Part shown: positions 47,060 through 55,940 of the stretch, in pieces
How the letters are laid out: each line of letters opens with the position of its first letter
Position numbering within the stretch: position 1 is the stretch's first letter
Origin: a virus
Virus record (IMG/VR): IMGVR_UViG_3300042691_037543
Coordinates: 20,737 to 84,736 of that record
Length of the DNA stretch: 64,000 bases
Strand: one strand, 5' to 3'
The notes under the pieces: generated by a model
What the model was told of the DNA's origin: nothing
The model's input: only the letters and a program-made list of their open reading frames with translations
Databases searched by the model: none
Program-made: the position numbers and the translations under genes

Positions 47060-47734
47060 TCAGCCAGCGTGCTGGAGACTAGCCCTACGCACGATATCGT
47101 CGAGCTCGCCCTGCGTGATGCCCCTGAGCGCGGCGAACTGACTGAGGGTACGGGATGCCTTCTGTGCATTGCACGGGCGGCAAGCGGGAACGACATTCCC
47201 GACAATGTGCCCGCCGCCCTGCCTGATCGGCACGAGGTGCTCTAGGTCGAGAAGGCACTGCGCGGCGCCGCAGAACGCACAGGCGTGTCCGAACGCATCG
47301 AGGACCGCAGCCCAATCGCGCGTTGAAAACCCATACGGCAGCCCCGCCATCTTGGCGCGAGCCCGCCCGTTTGAGCAGGCGTTCTTGATCCGCGACGCCT
47401 CGGGGTTGGCTTTCAGACGATTCTGATTGTCTGCCCGCTTCTGCGCTGCCCACGCAGGGTCGTCGGCCCTCTTTCTTCGCGCCCACTTGCGCATCGCCTC
47501 GGCTCTGGCAGCCCGCTGCTCGGGTGTTGCGCTCGTTTTGTACCTTGCGGCGTCGCGCTTGTTCTTGGCAGCGTGCCACTCGGGCGGCTGAGCATCGAGC
47601 CAAGCAACTGCACGGGCCTTCGTACATTCCCGACAGTAGCCGGAAGTACGAAGGCCCGTGGGTTTCTTCACTGTGTAGAACGCGGTGACCGGCAGCGTGC
47701 GAGCACATTGTGGGCAGTGTTTCACGTCGCTCAT
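47060..47734 (-). CDS. HNH endonuclease with N-terminal zinc finger
   Basis: CPQC...FY...GYCREC; CAFC...EHLVP...GG.H...NVVPACRPCNAQK. Confidence 0.92.
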   Translation of the reverse strand: MSDVKHCPQCARTLPVTAFYTVKKPTGLRTSGYCRECTKARAVAWLDAQPPEWHAAKNKRDAARYKTSATPEQRAARAEAMRKWARRKRADDPAWAAQKRADNQNRLKANPEASRIKNACSNGRARAKMAGLPYGFSTRDWAAVLDAFGHACAFCGAAQCLLDLEHLVPIRQGGGHIVGNVVPACRPCNAQKASRTLSQFAALRGITQGELDDIVRRASLQHAG

Positions 47735-47780
47735 ACAAGCGACTTACCACACCGCCGTTATAGTGCCAACCCGCTTGTAC

Positions 47781-49172
47781 TCACCCCGCATGTTGGATGA
47801 TGCCCACGCGCTTGTAGCGCGCGGCGTCGCCCGTGGTGGCGTCGGTGCGCACCGGCCAGTCACCGATGAACCGCCAGCTCGCGCTCACCATGTCTTGCAG
47901 ACGGTTGAGCGGCGAGCGGAGGATCATCTGGATGCGGTCGCTGAACACCTCGATGCCCTGGTTGGTGATCTTGGCGTCCGCGACCTTGCCGTTGAGCCCC
48001 GCCTCCGTCACGAGCGCCGCGAGGTTCGAGTACATCTCGAAGATGTAGTCGCGCCCCGTGAACAAGATGCGCTCGACGCGCTGGCCGCCCACGGCGCCGT
48101 TGGCCGTGAGCTCGCCCGCGAAGTCGTCGTCCTGGCTGTACGTCGCCGTGCTGCCGCCCAGCACCGTCTCGACGGTGGGGCACTCCGTGTTGCGCACGAA
48201 GATCGTGTTGAGAATCTCGCCGAGGGCGAACTGCTTGTACATGTAGTAGTCGGGCAGCGACGTGTTGAGGCGCTGGAGGTCGCTGTCCTCGTACATCTTC
48301 GCGACCGACGTGGGCGAGCAGTGCGCGTGGAAGCGCCCGTCTTCGTGCTCGTTCACGTTCATCTGCCACAGGCGCGCGACCATCGAGCGCACGCTCGACA
48401 GGGTGGGCAGGTCGGTCGAGATGATGTCGTCGATCTTGTTGCCGCCGCCCACGCGCACCATCGCCGTGCGATCGTCCGAGATGACGTACGCGCGGTTCGC
48501 GACGCTCGTGGTGCCGGCCGACAGCGTCAGCGTGCCGGGGCCGATCTCGTCGCCCGCGGTGTCCGGCGTGTAGCCGATGACGTTGAAGGACGCCTCGGCG
48601 CCGTTGTCGAACACCTTGATGGGCAGCGGGTTGCTGGAGCTCACCGCGGTGAAGCGCACGGCGTTGCCGCTCGTGCTGCGCGCGCGGGTGAACCCGTTGA
48701 GGCGCTTCACGCGCAGCGTGGTGCCCGACTGCGCGCCGTCGGCGACGGTCCAGCCCGACTCCGCGGCGTTGTACGCGCGGTTGCGCACCTTGCGGTTGAG
48801 CGACTGCGCCGCCTGGAGCCCGAGCTGCTGGGCGTTGCGCAGGAAGAGGTCCGCGATGGCGACCATGCTGGTCGGCATGTTCGTGTCGATCGTGCCCGCG
48901 TACTGCTGGAGCTGAGCCTCCCACTGCTCGGCGCCGTAGGTCTGCGGGATCGGGTCGGTGCCCGGCTGGAGCGGGCGCATCGACACGGGGAGGAGGCCCG
49001 GCGCCGTGAAGATCATCGAGTCGCCCACGCCCGCGGGCCACTCGCGGGCGGCGACCTCGGAGCGGAAGATCAGCCGCGGGAACAGCGCGTCGTGAAACGC
49101 GCGCTCCAGCAAGTTCTCCTGCACCAGCGCTCGGACGGTCGCGTTCTGTGCGATGATCGAAAACTCGGGCAT
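47781..49172 (-). CDS. Major capsid protein
   Basis: 463 aa after scaffold; strongly biased codon usage; SD GAGG; GDSMIFT, L.PG.DP, QY.G.IDT, R.PLNRLQ. Confidence 0.9.
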   Translation of the reverse strand: MPEFSIIAQNATVRALVQENLLERAFHDALFPRLIFRSEVAAREWPAGVGDSMIFTAPGLLPVSMRPLQPGTDPIPQTYGAEQWEAQLQQYAGTIDTNMPTSMVAIADLFLRNAQQLGLQAAQSLNRKVRNRAYNAAESGWTVADGAQSGTTLRVKRLNGFTRARSTSGNAVRFTAVSSSNPLPIKVFDNGAEASFNVIGYTPDTAGDEIGPGTLTLSAGTTSVANRAYVISDDRTAMVRVGGGNKIDDIISTDLPTLSSVRSMVARLWQMNVNEHEDGRFHAHCSPTSVAKMYEDSDLQRLNTSLPDYYMYKQFALGEILNTIFVRNTECPTVETVLGGSTATYSQDDDFAGELTANGAVGGQRVERILFTGRDYIFEMYSNLAALVTEAGLNGKVADAKITNQGIEVFSDRIQMILRSPLNRLQDMVSASWRFIGDWPVRTDATTGDAARYKRVGIIQHAG

Positions 49173-49255
49173 CGTGCCTACCTCACTCTGGCGATGTTTT
49201 TACATCGCGGGTTTTGTGTAGCGCAGTTTGCCACCGCGCTTTCGTTTTGAAAAGC

Positions 49256-50080
49256 CTAGCCCGTCAGGCCGAGCGAGCGCAAACGCTCTTTGTACTCGTC
49301 GGGCTTCATCTTGAGCGCGTCGCGGGCGCCGTTCTGCTGGGCCACCCGCTCGTTGGCCGTGCCCGCGCTCGGGGGCGACTTGGTGGCGGCAGCGTTCTCC
49401 GAAACCCCCGTCTGCGCCGGCACCACCGTCTCGCGGAAGATGTACGGAGCCTCGGTGCGGAGGTTGTTGAAGAACGTCACTTCGTCGAACTTGCGGAGCT
49501 GCTCCTCGGTGAGCCCCTTGGTGCGGGTGCGCACGAGGTGCAGCGCATAGTCCACATCTCGGATGCCGCAGTTCGAGGCGGCGATGCGGAGCTCGGCCTC
49601 GGCCTGCGCGGCGAGCGCTTCGCGGCGCGCCTCGCGCGCCTCACGTTCGGCCTTGGCCTTCTCCCGCGCGAGGCGCTTGATCTTGTCCTCGTCGGCGCGG
49701 CCGGCCTGCGCCTGCTGCCCCGGCTTCTGCTCGGGCTTGGCCGTCTGGCGCTGGTGGTTCTGCTGCGTCTGGCTCGGCTTCGTCTCGGTCTGCGCGGCGG
49801 GCTTGGGCTCGTTCCGCTTCGCAGCGAACGACGCCTCCATGTCTTCGACCGACGCGAAGCCCAGGCGCTTCGCGAGCTCACGCTGACCCTTCAAGCGCTC
49901 CTCGCGCTTGAGAGCAGCCATCGCCTTCGTCGGGAGCGTGACGACGTTGCCGCCCTGCTGCCCACCGTTGGCGTTGTCGGGCTGCTTCTGCCCCTGACCC
50001 TGCGTGGTCGTGGGCGGCGTGACGACGTTGCCGTTCGCGTCTGCCTGTGCCTGCTGTGCCTGGATGGTGACTTCGTCCAT
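49256..50080 (-). CDS. Capsid scaffolding protein
   Basis: Gln/Ala/Lys-rich coiled coil ending DALKM...EYK..L..LG directly upstream of capsid. Confidence 0.8.
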   Translation of the reverse strand: MDEVTIQAQQAQADANGNVVTPPTTTQGQGQKQPDNANGGQQGGNVVTLPTKAMAALKREERLKGQRELAKRLGFASVEDMEASFAAKRNEPKPAAQTETKPSQTQQNHQRQTAKPEQKPGQQAQAGRADEDKIKRLAREKAKAEREAREARREALAAQAEAELRIAASNCGIRDVDYALHLVRTRTKGLTEEQLRKFDEVTFFNNLRTEAPYIFRETVVPAQTGVSENAAATKSPPSAGTANERVAQQNGARDALKMKPDEYKERLRSLGLTG

Positions 50081-50144
50081 GTGCCTGTCCCTCGTTCGTT
50101 TAACCGGCAATTAACCGCTGCCGTGGCGTTGAACGACTCAACGA

Positions 50145-50219
50145 TGGGGCTGCCTGCGGGACTCGAACCCGCACCCGGCTCTTTACAAAAGAGCTGCTCT
50201 GCCTTCGAGCTACGGCAGC
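50145..50219 (-). tRNA. tRNA-Thr(UGU)
   Basis: GCTGCCG-TA-GCTC/GAGC D-arm, GCTCT-TTTGTAA-AGAGC anticodon arm, GCGGG-TTCGAGT-CCCGC T-arm, encoded CCA; G7-A66 mismatch. Confidence 0.9.
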
Positions 50220-50229
50220 CTGCCGTGTC

Positions 50230-50709
50230 TTACGGGGCGAGGAAGCCCGCGTCGGCGCTCATGTCCACGGCCGCGCGCGGCCAGTAGATCAGCGTGAAGC
50301 CCGTCACGGTGTTCGGGAAGGTGAGCACCTTCCCGTTGTCGCTGAGCTTCGCGATGCCCATAGCGGCCGAGGCGCCGCCGGGCGGGATGATCGCCGTGCC
50401 GCCGTCGTCGGTCACGCCGTAGGTGCCGACCGACGCGCCCGTGGCCGAGGCCGCGACGCGCAGCGACACGACCTGCCCGATGGCCGGCAGGTTCTCGCCC
50501 GACTCCAGCTCGATGCCCGTGATGGTCGCCGCCGCCTTCACCGCCGCCGTCGTGATGTCGGGGGTGGCCGTGGCGGTGAGCCCGCTCACGACGACCTTGA
50601 TGGGCGTGTTCATCTTCCCGAACTGCATCTTGCGCAGCAGGTCGGGGAGCGAGTCGGGTGCAGCCTTGTCCAGCAGCCGGGTGTACGTCTGCGTCTTGTT
50701 CGTCGTCAT
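50230..50709 (-). CDS. Putative head decoration / structural protein
   Basis: Ala/Thr-rich beta protein with capsid-like codon bias. Confidence 0.6.
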   Translation of the reverse strand: MTTNKTQTYTRLLDKAAPDSLPDLLRKMQFGKMNTPIKVVVSGLTATATPDITTAAVKAAATITGIELESGENLPAIGQVVSLRVAASATGASVGTYGVTDDGGTAIIPPGGASAAMGIAKLSDNGKVLTFPNTVTGFTLIYWPRAAVDMSADAGFLAP

Positions 50710-50718
50710 CAGCCACTC

Positions 50719-51090
50719 CTACGGTTCTTGGGCGAAGAAAACTTCGACCGTGGTTTCTACACCCGCCTCGCGCGTCAGGTCGATGGCCGTGATGGGCTCT
50801 CCCGAGCAGACGATGATGGCGAAGGGGTTTACGGGGATCGCTTGGTTGTTTCCGTCCGCAGACGTGATGCGAACCCGCACCTTCGCGGAGCTCCGCACCG
50901 TCAGGTAATGCGCCTCAGACAGACCGCTGAGATCGACATTCACGGGCGAGTCCGTACTGAGTGTGTACGCCCCGCGGACCCACCGGGACATGCGCCGCAC
51001 GTCGCTCTCCGCGATGGTGCACGCCGCAGCGCCTACCCCGGTCGTCGGGGTGGCGGTGATCGCGATGTCGGTGTTCAGCGTGTCGGTCAT
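50719..51090 (-). CDS. Hypothetical structural protein
   Basis: Beta-rich ORF in the head module. Confidence 0.6.
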   Translation of the reverse strand: MTDTLNTDIAITATPTTGVGAAACTIAESDVRRMSRWVRGAYTLSTDSPVNVDLSGLSEAHYLTVRSSAKVRVRITSADGNNQAIPVNPFAIIVCSGEPITAIDLTREAGVETTVEVFFAQEP

Positions 51091-51186
51091 GGGAATCCTA
51101 GCGCCGGTATTCGGCGCGGGGGGAGAGCTACCCCCGCACCACCGCTACCGGCAGCGGTCTACACGCGCAGGCACGACGCGCGATAG

Positions 51187-51399
51187 TCAGAACGGCTTGG
51201 GGTCGGGAGCCGCCTTGGGCCACGCCTTGAGGGGCAGCGAGTCGTTGAGCGAAATGCTGCTCATCGTGTCGCACGGCTTGCCCTGATCCTTCGGCACGCC
51301 GGGCGCCGGGGCGTCCCCGAACCCCGCGGGGCTCGTGCCGATGGACACCGCCTGCGTCCGCGAGCTGCGGAGCGTGGAAGCCGACTTGAACGCGCTCAT
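51187..51399 (-). CDS. Small Pro-rich hypothetical protein
   Basis: ATGA overlap with the upstream gene. Confidence 0.55.
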   Translation of the reverse strand: MSAFKSASTLRSSRTQAVSIGTSPAGFGDAPAPGVPKDQGKPCDTMSSISLNDSLPLKAWPKAAPDPKPF

Positions 51400-51590
51400 T
51401 TCTTCGTACCCAACCACTTCTGCGGCGGGGAGGTGGTGGAGACGACCGGCGGCAGGTCTTCCCACGAGCGAGCGTCGGCCCCCGCCGTAATCGGCCTGAG
51501 CTTCGCGGGTGGGTCTGCGTTCGCCCCCGGCACGGTGCCGGTGCCGAATACGGGGAGCGTCGCAACCGGCTTGATGTCGTTAGCTGCCAT
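51396..51590 (-). CDS. Small Pro-rich hypothetical protein
   Basis: Fills gap; coupled to next gene. Confidence 0.5.
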   Translation of the reverse strand: MAANDIKPVATLPVFGTGTVPGANADPPAKLRPITAGADARSWEDLPPVVSTTSPPQKWLGTKK

Positions 51591-51625
51591 GATGCAAGCG
51601 TCCCCGATTCTTTCAGAACGCGCAA

Positions 51626-52168
51626 CTACCGCCGCATGTTCGCGACGGGCGAGACGCGCTCGGGCTGCGGCGGGGCCTCTTCGGCAGGCGCACCCTCGCC
51701 GGTCACCTCTTCCACACCGAGCGCCGGGAGCACTTCCTTGGTGTGGAAGAGGAAGCCGCCGAGAAGGTCGGCGTCGCTGGCGTAGCCCTCGTCGGCGAGG
51801 TGCTCCCCGAGCTCCATCGCCTCCTCCATCGTGATGTCGCCCATCACTTCCTTCATACCCAGCACGAGTTGGGGGTCGAGCATCCCCATGACCTCGGCGA
51901 GCTTGAAGACTTGGTCTTCGGAGAGCGGGTCTTCCCCGAGAAGCTGGGCTTGATCCATCTCGACGAGGTTGTCTTCGATGGTTTCGGCCGCGTCTTCGAG
52001 CAGCTCCATGATGGGGGCGAACTTCGTGTCGCCGCCGGCCATCATCTCGCCCTCGCCGCCCTCGGGGGCTTCTTCACCCTCGGGCGTCTCCTCCATCCCC
52101 TCTTCCTCGGGCGGCGGCTCCGGCTGCTTGCCGTTCATCGCCATCATCTTCTTCGGGTCGATCGCCAT
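51626..52168 (-). CDS. Highly acidic hypothetical protein
   Basis: Glu/Asp-rich 180 aa; SD GGAGGAG. Confidence 0.75.
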   Translation of the reverse strand: MAIDPKKMMAMNGKQPEPPPEEEGMEETPEGEEAPEGGEGEMMAGGDTKFAPIMELLEDAAETIEDNLVEMDQAQLLGEDPLSEDQVFKLAEVMGMLDPQLVLGMKEVMGDITMEEAMELGEHLADEGYASDADLLGGFLFHTKEVLPALGVEEVTGEGAPAEEAPPQPERVSPVANMRR

Positions 52169-52207
52169 GATGGTGCTCCTCCGCAGACGCTACCGAGGCG
52201 CTGGACG

Positions 52208-53110
52208 CTAGCGCAAGGCTCGCCGCCTGCCATTCACAATTTCATACGCCGGAATACCCCAACCGCGCCGCCAGGGGGTGATTACCGCGCGGTCGTTGGG
52301 GCGATTCGGGGGGTGAGGCCACGTCGCACCGATCATGCGGTGCGGCGCGCGAGAGTCCGCGGGCATCTCGAAAAGCCTGTCGCCGGCTACGACCTGACCG
52401 TGCAGCACGAAGCTGTCGGGAGCCACCTTGTCGTCGTACGGGCGGCCCGTCGCGTCGTCGATGCGCTCCGTCCACCGCTTGCGAATATCCGGCATGGTGC
52501 CGTGAAGCGCACGCACCGAGCGATCTTGCGCGGCGTTGTACGCCGACGCTGCGCTGTACGAGGCGGAAAGCTCTACACGCCAGCGGTGCGCATGAATCGC
52601 CTCGTCAATCTTGGCGAGCATGATGTGTGGCTTGTCGCCGACAGAGGCCGACTCACGCGCGACCCTTTCAACCAACGCGCGCATCTCGACGCCCCACCCC
52701 ATCGTCACGCTGCGGTGATACTCGGCGTTCATCGTGCGGGCGACTTCGGCGCGGTCGGTGCGCTGGCGAATGTTGTCGCGGAGCACGCGAGGAACGCTGC
52801 CCTCGAAGGCTCGAACCATGCGCAGTGTGCGCTGTTGCGAGTCCGCGATGGCGTCGTTGACGATGCCAACCATTTCGCCGCTCACCGCGTTGACCACCTT
52901 CACCGCATCGTTTGCGATCAAGTGGTGCACGGTGCGTGACACGCGCTCAGCGTTCTGCTGCGGCGACCCGCGGCGGACGGTGCTCGTGCGAAGTTCCGCG
53001 AGCACGACGTTGAACACGTCGTCCGCTGCCCGTCGCGCACGACCGTCGATCAGTCGGTCCACGTCATCGTGAAACCCTACGAGCTGTCGTTGCGGGTCTG
53101 GCTTCGGCAT
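52208..53110 (-). CDS. MuF/SPP1 gp7-like head morphogenesis protein
   Basis: KRW....D.......V..DS..LHGQV....F......PHPPNRPNDR. Confidence 0.8.
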   Translation of the reverse strand: MPKPDPQRQLVGFHDDVDRLIDGRARRAADDVFNVVLAELRTSTVRRGSPQQNAERVSRTVHHLIANDAVKVVNAVSGEMVGIVNDAIADSQQRTLRMVRAFEGSVPRVLRDNIRQRTDRAEVARTMNAEYHRSVTMGWGVEMRALVERVARESASVGDKPHIMLAKIDEAIHAHRWRVELSASYSAASAYNAAQDRSVRALHGTMPDIRKRWTERIDDATGRPYDDKVAPDSFVLHGQVVAGDRLFEMPADSRAPHRMIGATWPHPPNRPNDRAVITPWRRGWGIPAYEIVNGRRRALR

Positions 53111-53490
53111 TACAAACGCGCGCGGTCTTCGTCGTGGATCGAGTCGTGGCAGGTCGTGCAGAGCGTCACGATGTTGTTGGGGTCGTTAGACTTCCCCTTG
53201 GCGGCGAGCCATCGAGACACGGGCGCTTCGAGCCCGCCCTTGTGGTGCACGATCAACTTCTGATTCGTGCCGCACGCCTTACACCGAAACTCATCACGGC
53301 GCATCACATCGCGCACAAGCGTCGGGGGCAGACCGCCCTTACCGCCCGTCGCGAGTGTGGCCCCAGCGCTCGCGGCGTCACGGCGAAGTCGCCGCAGAAC
53401 TGCCTCGTCGTTGGGGTCTGTGTTCTTGCGGTTGTGGAGCCGCTCTTGGATGCGCGCCGACCGCTGTGCCGTAACGAGGGCGTCTCCCAT
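53110..53490 (-). CDS. HNH endonuclease (possibly packaging-associated)
   Basis: VMRRDEFRCKACG....VHH...NDPNNIVTLCTTCHDSIH. Confidence 0.9.
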   Translation of the reverse strand: MGDALVTAQRSARIQERLHNRKNTDPNDEAVLRRLRRDAASAGATLATGGKGGLPPTLVRDVMRRDEFRCKACGTNQKLIVHHKGGLEAPVSRWLAAKGKSNDPNNIVTLCTTCHDSIHDEDRARL

Positions 53491-53504
53491 GCAGGGAGCG
53501 TAGG

Positions 53505-53878
53505 TCAGGCGAAGCGCCCGCGCGAGTCGCGCTTACGCTTCGACACACCACCCGCCGCGATCCATGCGGGGCGCGCGACCGCAGGCCGGGTGCGCCCCGA
53601 ACGCCCCATGATGCGGTCCATCGGTGTGCGCGGCTGCCGAGAGCGAGACGCTCTGTACGCAATTCTGGTGGTACCGCATCACGTCGTATGCGTTCCCAGC
53701 CGGCCCCGCACTACGAATGCGGTTACTCCGATGGTTCAAGAACGCTTCGTACGCGCTCCGAGTGGTCGCCACGGAAACCGTGCCCCTCTAGACGCGCGGC
53801 GTGGTGCTGAACCTGCCGCATCGCCGCCTCCATAGTGGGAGTCACACGGGCAGGGCGGAATGTCGTTCGCGCAGCCAT
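53505..53878 (-). pseudogene. Fragmented or multi-frame small basic ORFs ending KRKRDSRGRFA
   Basis: Three overlapping frames (53878-53723, 53772-53533, 53621-53505); the last ends like the neighbouring gene. Confidence 0.4.
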
Positions 53879-54210
53879 CACGCAAACCGCCCGTGAGCGT
53901 CCCGCTTCTTCTTACCAGCGCGAAACCCGACGGCAGCCTTCGCCACCTTGGACGCCACGCTGCTCGTCCCGAACGTGCGGTTGATGCTCGCGATAGCCCC
54001 CGACTTCATCGCAGCGTTCGCGCGGTGCGCGGCAGCACCCAACTGAGCGTACCGCCCCGTCGCGCCGGAATCGGGACCGAGCTGTCGCGAAAGCCCGGCC
54101 GTAGCGATGCGCGCGACGTGAGCCGCGGGGGACAAGTGCGCGGCAGTGACCGCCGCGTCGCGTGCCAGCCGGCCAGCAGCCTGGAGTTTTCTACCCATGT
54201 GTTTCCTCAC
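53878..54210 (-). CDS. Small basic Ala/Arg-rich protein ending KKKRDAHGRFA
   Basis: GTGA overlap with the upstream gene; RD.xGRF motif. Confidence 0.65.
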   Translation of the reverse strand: MRKHMGRKLQAAGRLARDAAVTAAHLSPAAHVARIATAGLSRQLGPDSGATGRYAQLGAAAHRANAAMKSGAIASINRTFGTSSVASKVAKAAVGFRAGKKKRDAHGRFA

Positions 54211-55931
54211 CTGTAGAGGCGCGCGCCTCGGAAGCCAGCGCCAGCCATCCTTATCGCACCGATCATACCACGCAAGCCGCCGCGCACGATGTAGACCTTT
54301 TTACCCTCGGGGCTGTAGTAGAAGACGCCGCCCTTGCTGCCCTTGTGCAGCACATGCGGCACCTCCTCGTGTGCGTGTTTCAGCTCCTCGGACAGCTCGC
54401 GCATCTTGGTGCGGTGGTCGGGGTGCTGGAATCCCGCGCGCCCGGTCAAGAACATCATACCGACGCCTCCCATCCCACCCGCAACGTACGCCTCGCCGCG
54501 GTAGCCCTTGTCGCTGCCGAACAGCTTTTGCATGAGTGTCTTCCGCTGATCCGGCTTCAACGGCTTGTCGATCCCGTGCTTCTTTTTAAACTCTCGAAAC
54601 TTTGTGGCGATAGCGGACTGCAAGCGGTGAACCTGCCTGCCGGGAGCTCCCAGCGCACGCCGCACGCGCTGCCCAAACGACCGCTCGTACGTTTGCTCAA
54701 CCTTCGTGCGAACTGCGGTCACCGCACTACGGTGGGTTTTGTTGTCGGCCACTCGCTGCTTCACGGAAGCAACACGGGCTGACGCCTGCTCTGCCTTGCT
54801 GACTGCGTCAGCCCACGCACGCTCCGTGGCAGAACCGGGTACGCGATCGTTCTTGGGGCCGCGCGCCAGGGACGCCTCGCGAAGTTGTGCTCTTGCGGCC
54901 TTCGCCGCCGCACGGGCCTCGCGAGCCTCACGGCGCAACACCTTCGCCTCGTCTGCATTCTCTTTCAACAAGCCGTCTAGCCGCGCTCGCTGTTCGTGAA
55001 TACGCAGACGCCCGCGCGGCGTAGGGGGTGGTGCGGGCGGCGGCGGGGCGGGCTTTCCAGACGCTGCCTCGCGACCTTTCGCTAGCTTGACCAGTCTGTC
55101 TTTCTCTACTTGAGCAGCGAGCTTTTCTAGGAACACCCGCGATTGCTTCGCGGCCATGATCTCCGCAGTGCGCGCCTTCGTGAAGGTGTGCCCGAGTCCG
55201 TATGACTTCCGGCGCTCCTGGGCCATTCGCGCCCTGATCTCTTTACGGCGCGCTTTGATGGCTGCGCGCTTGGCGCGCGCTACGCCGGCCGGGGACGCCT
55301 CGAACTCAGCCTTTCGTGCAGCCGCACGCTCTGCGCGCTCGCGCGCCCACTGCGCCGCCGCGAAGGACTTGCCTGCGGACGTTTCACTGAGACTGCGGAC
55401 GGCGTCTTTCTCGGTACGGCGCTTCTTCTCTGGAACGCCATCGAGCTTTCTCGCAGCGTCCGCGCTCATGCCCGAGCTCTCTGCGCGAACTCGTGCGCTG
55501 TCCGCTTCGTCGTTTCTGCCCTCTGCTCTAAGGGCACGTTCGCGTGCACGCCAATACTTCTCGCGAGCGTCCCAATGCTCTGCCTCCAGAGAGCGCTTCA
55601 CATCGTGCTTTTTGTGCATCCGATGGAAATGCGCCGCGACACGACGGGTGCGCTTCGCCGCGTCCATCAACGACGCAGCGAGCGTTGTGTCCCCACGCGC
55701 CATCGCAAGCTGTGCGCGCCGCAGTAGGTCGCTGGCGCGCCGCCCGTACTCACGAGCCCGGTCGATGTTCGGGCGCCGATCGGCGCCCGGCCCGACTTGA
55801 ATATCCAGTCCAAGGCGCGCCCGCTGCTTTGCAACTTGGCGGGCAACCGCTTCGTTGAGCCGCGCAGCGCGGTCAGACGGGGACTGGTTCTTCTTTGTCA
55901 GCCACTTAGTCTTCTTCGGTGCGCGGGCCAT
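54207..55931 (-). CDS. Large Arg/Lys/Ala-rich coiled-coil protein
   Basis: 574 aa, very basic; C-terminal HKGSKGGVFYYSPEGKKVY. Confidence 0.75.
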   Translation of the reverse strand: MARAPKKTKWLTKKNQSPSDRAARLNEAVARQVAKQRARLGLDIQVGPGADRRPNIDRAREYGRRASDLLRRAQLAMARGDTTLAASLMDAAKRTRRVAAHFHRMHKKHDVKRSLEAEHWDAREKYWRARERALRAEGRNDEADSARVRAESSGMSADAARKLDGVPEKKRRTEKDAVRSLSETSAGKSFAAAQWARERAERAAARKAEFEASPAGVARAKRAAIKARRKEIRARMAQERRKSYGLGHTFTKARTAEIMAAKQSRVFLEKLAAQVEKDRLVKLAKGREAASGKPAPPPPAPPPTPRGRLRIHEQRARLDGLLKENADEAKVLRREAREARAAAKAARAQLREASLARGPKNDRVPGSATERAWADAVSKAEQASARVASVKQRVADNKTHRSAVTAVRTKVEQTYERSFGQRVRRALGAPGRQVHRLQSAIATKFREFKKKHGIDKPLKPDQRKTLMQKLFGSDKGYRGEAYVAGGMGGVGMMFLTGRAGFQHPDHRTKMRELSEELKHAHEEVPHVLHKGSKGGVFYYSPEGKKVYIVRGGLRGMIGAIRMAGAGFRGARLYR

Positions 55932-55940
55932 GCCGCCAGA

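Noticed and set aside
46640-47734. Group I intron, tmRNA or IscB element
   Set aside because: HNH lies outside any interrupted gene, has no RuvC motifs, and I could not find intron core or tmRNA end signatures
47685-50287. 521-aa and 357-aa plus-strand ORFs
   Set aside because: Shadows of capsid and scaffold genes caused by codon bias
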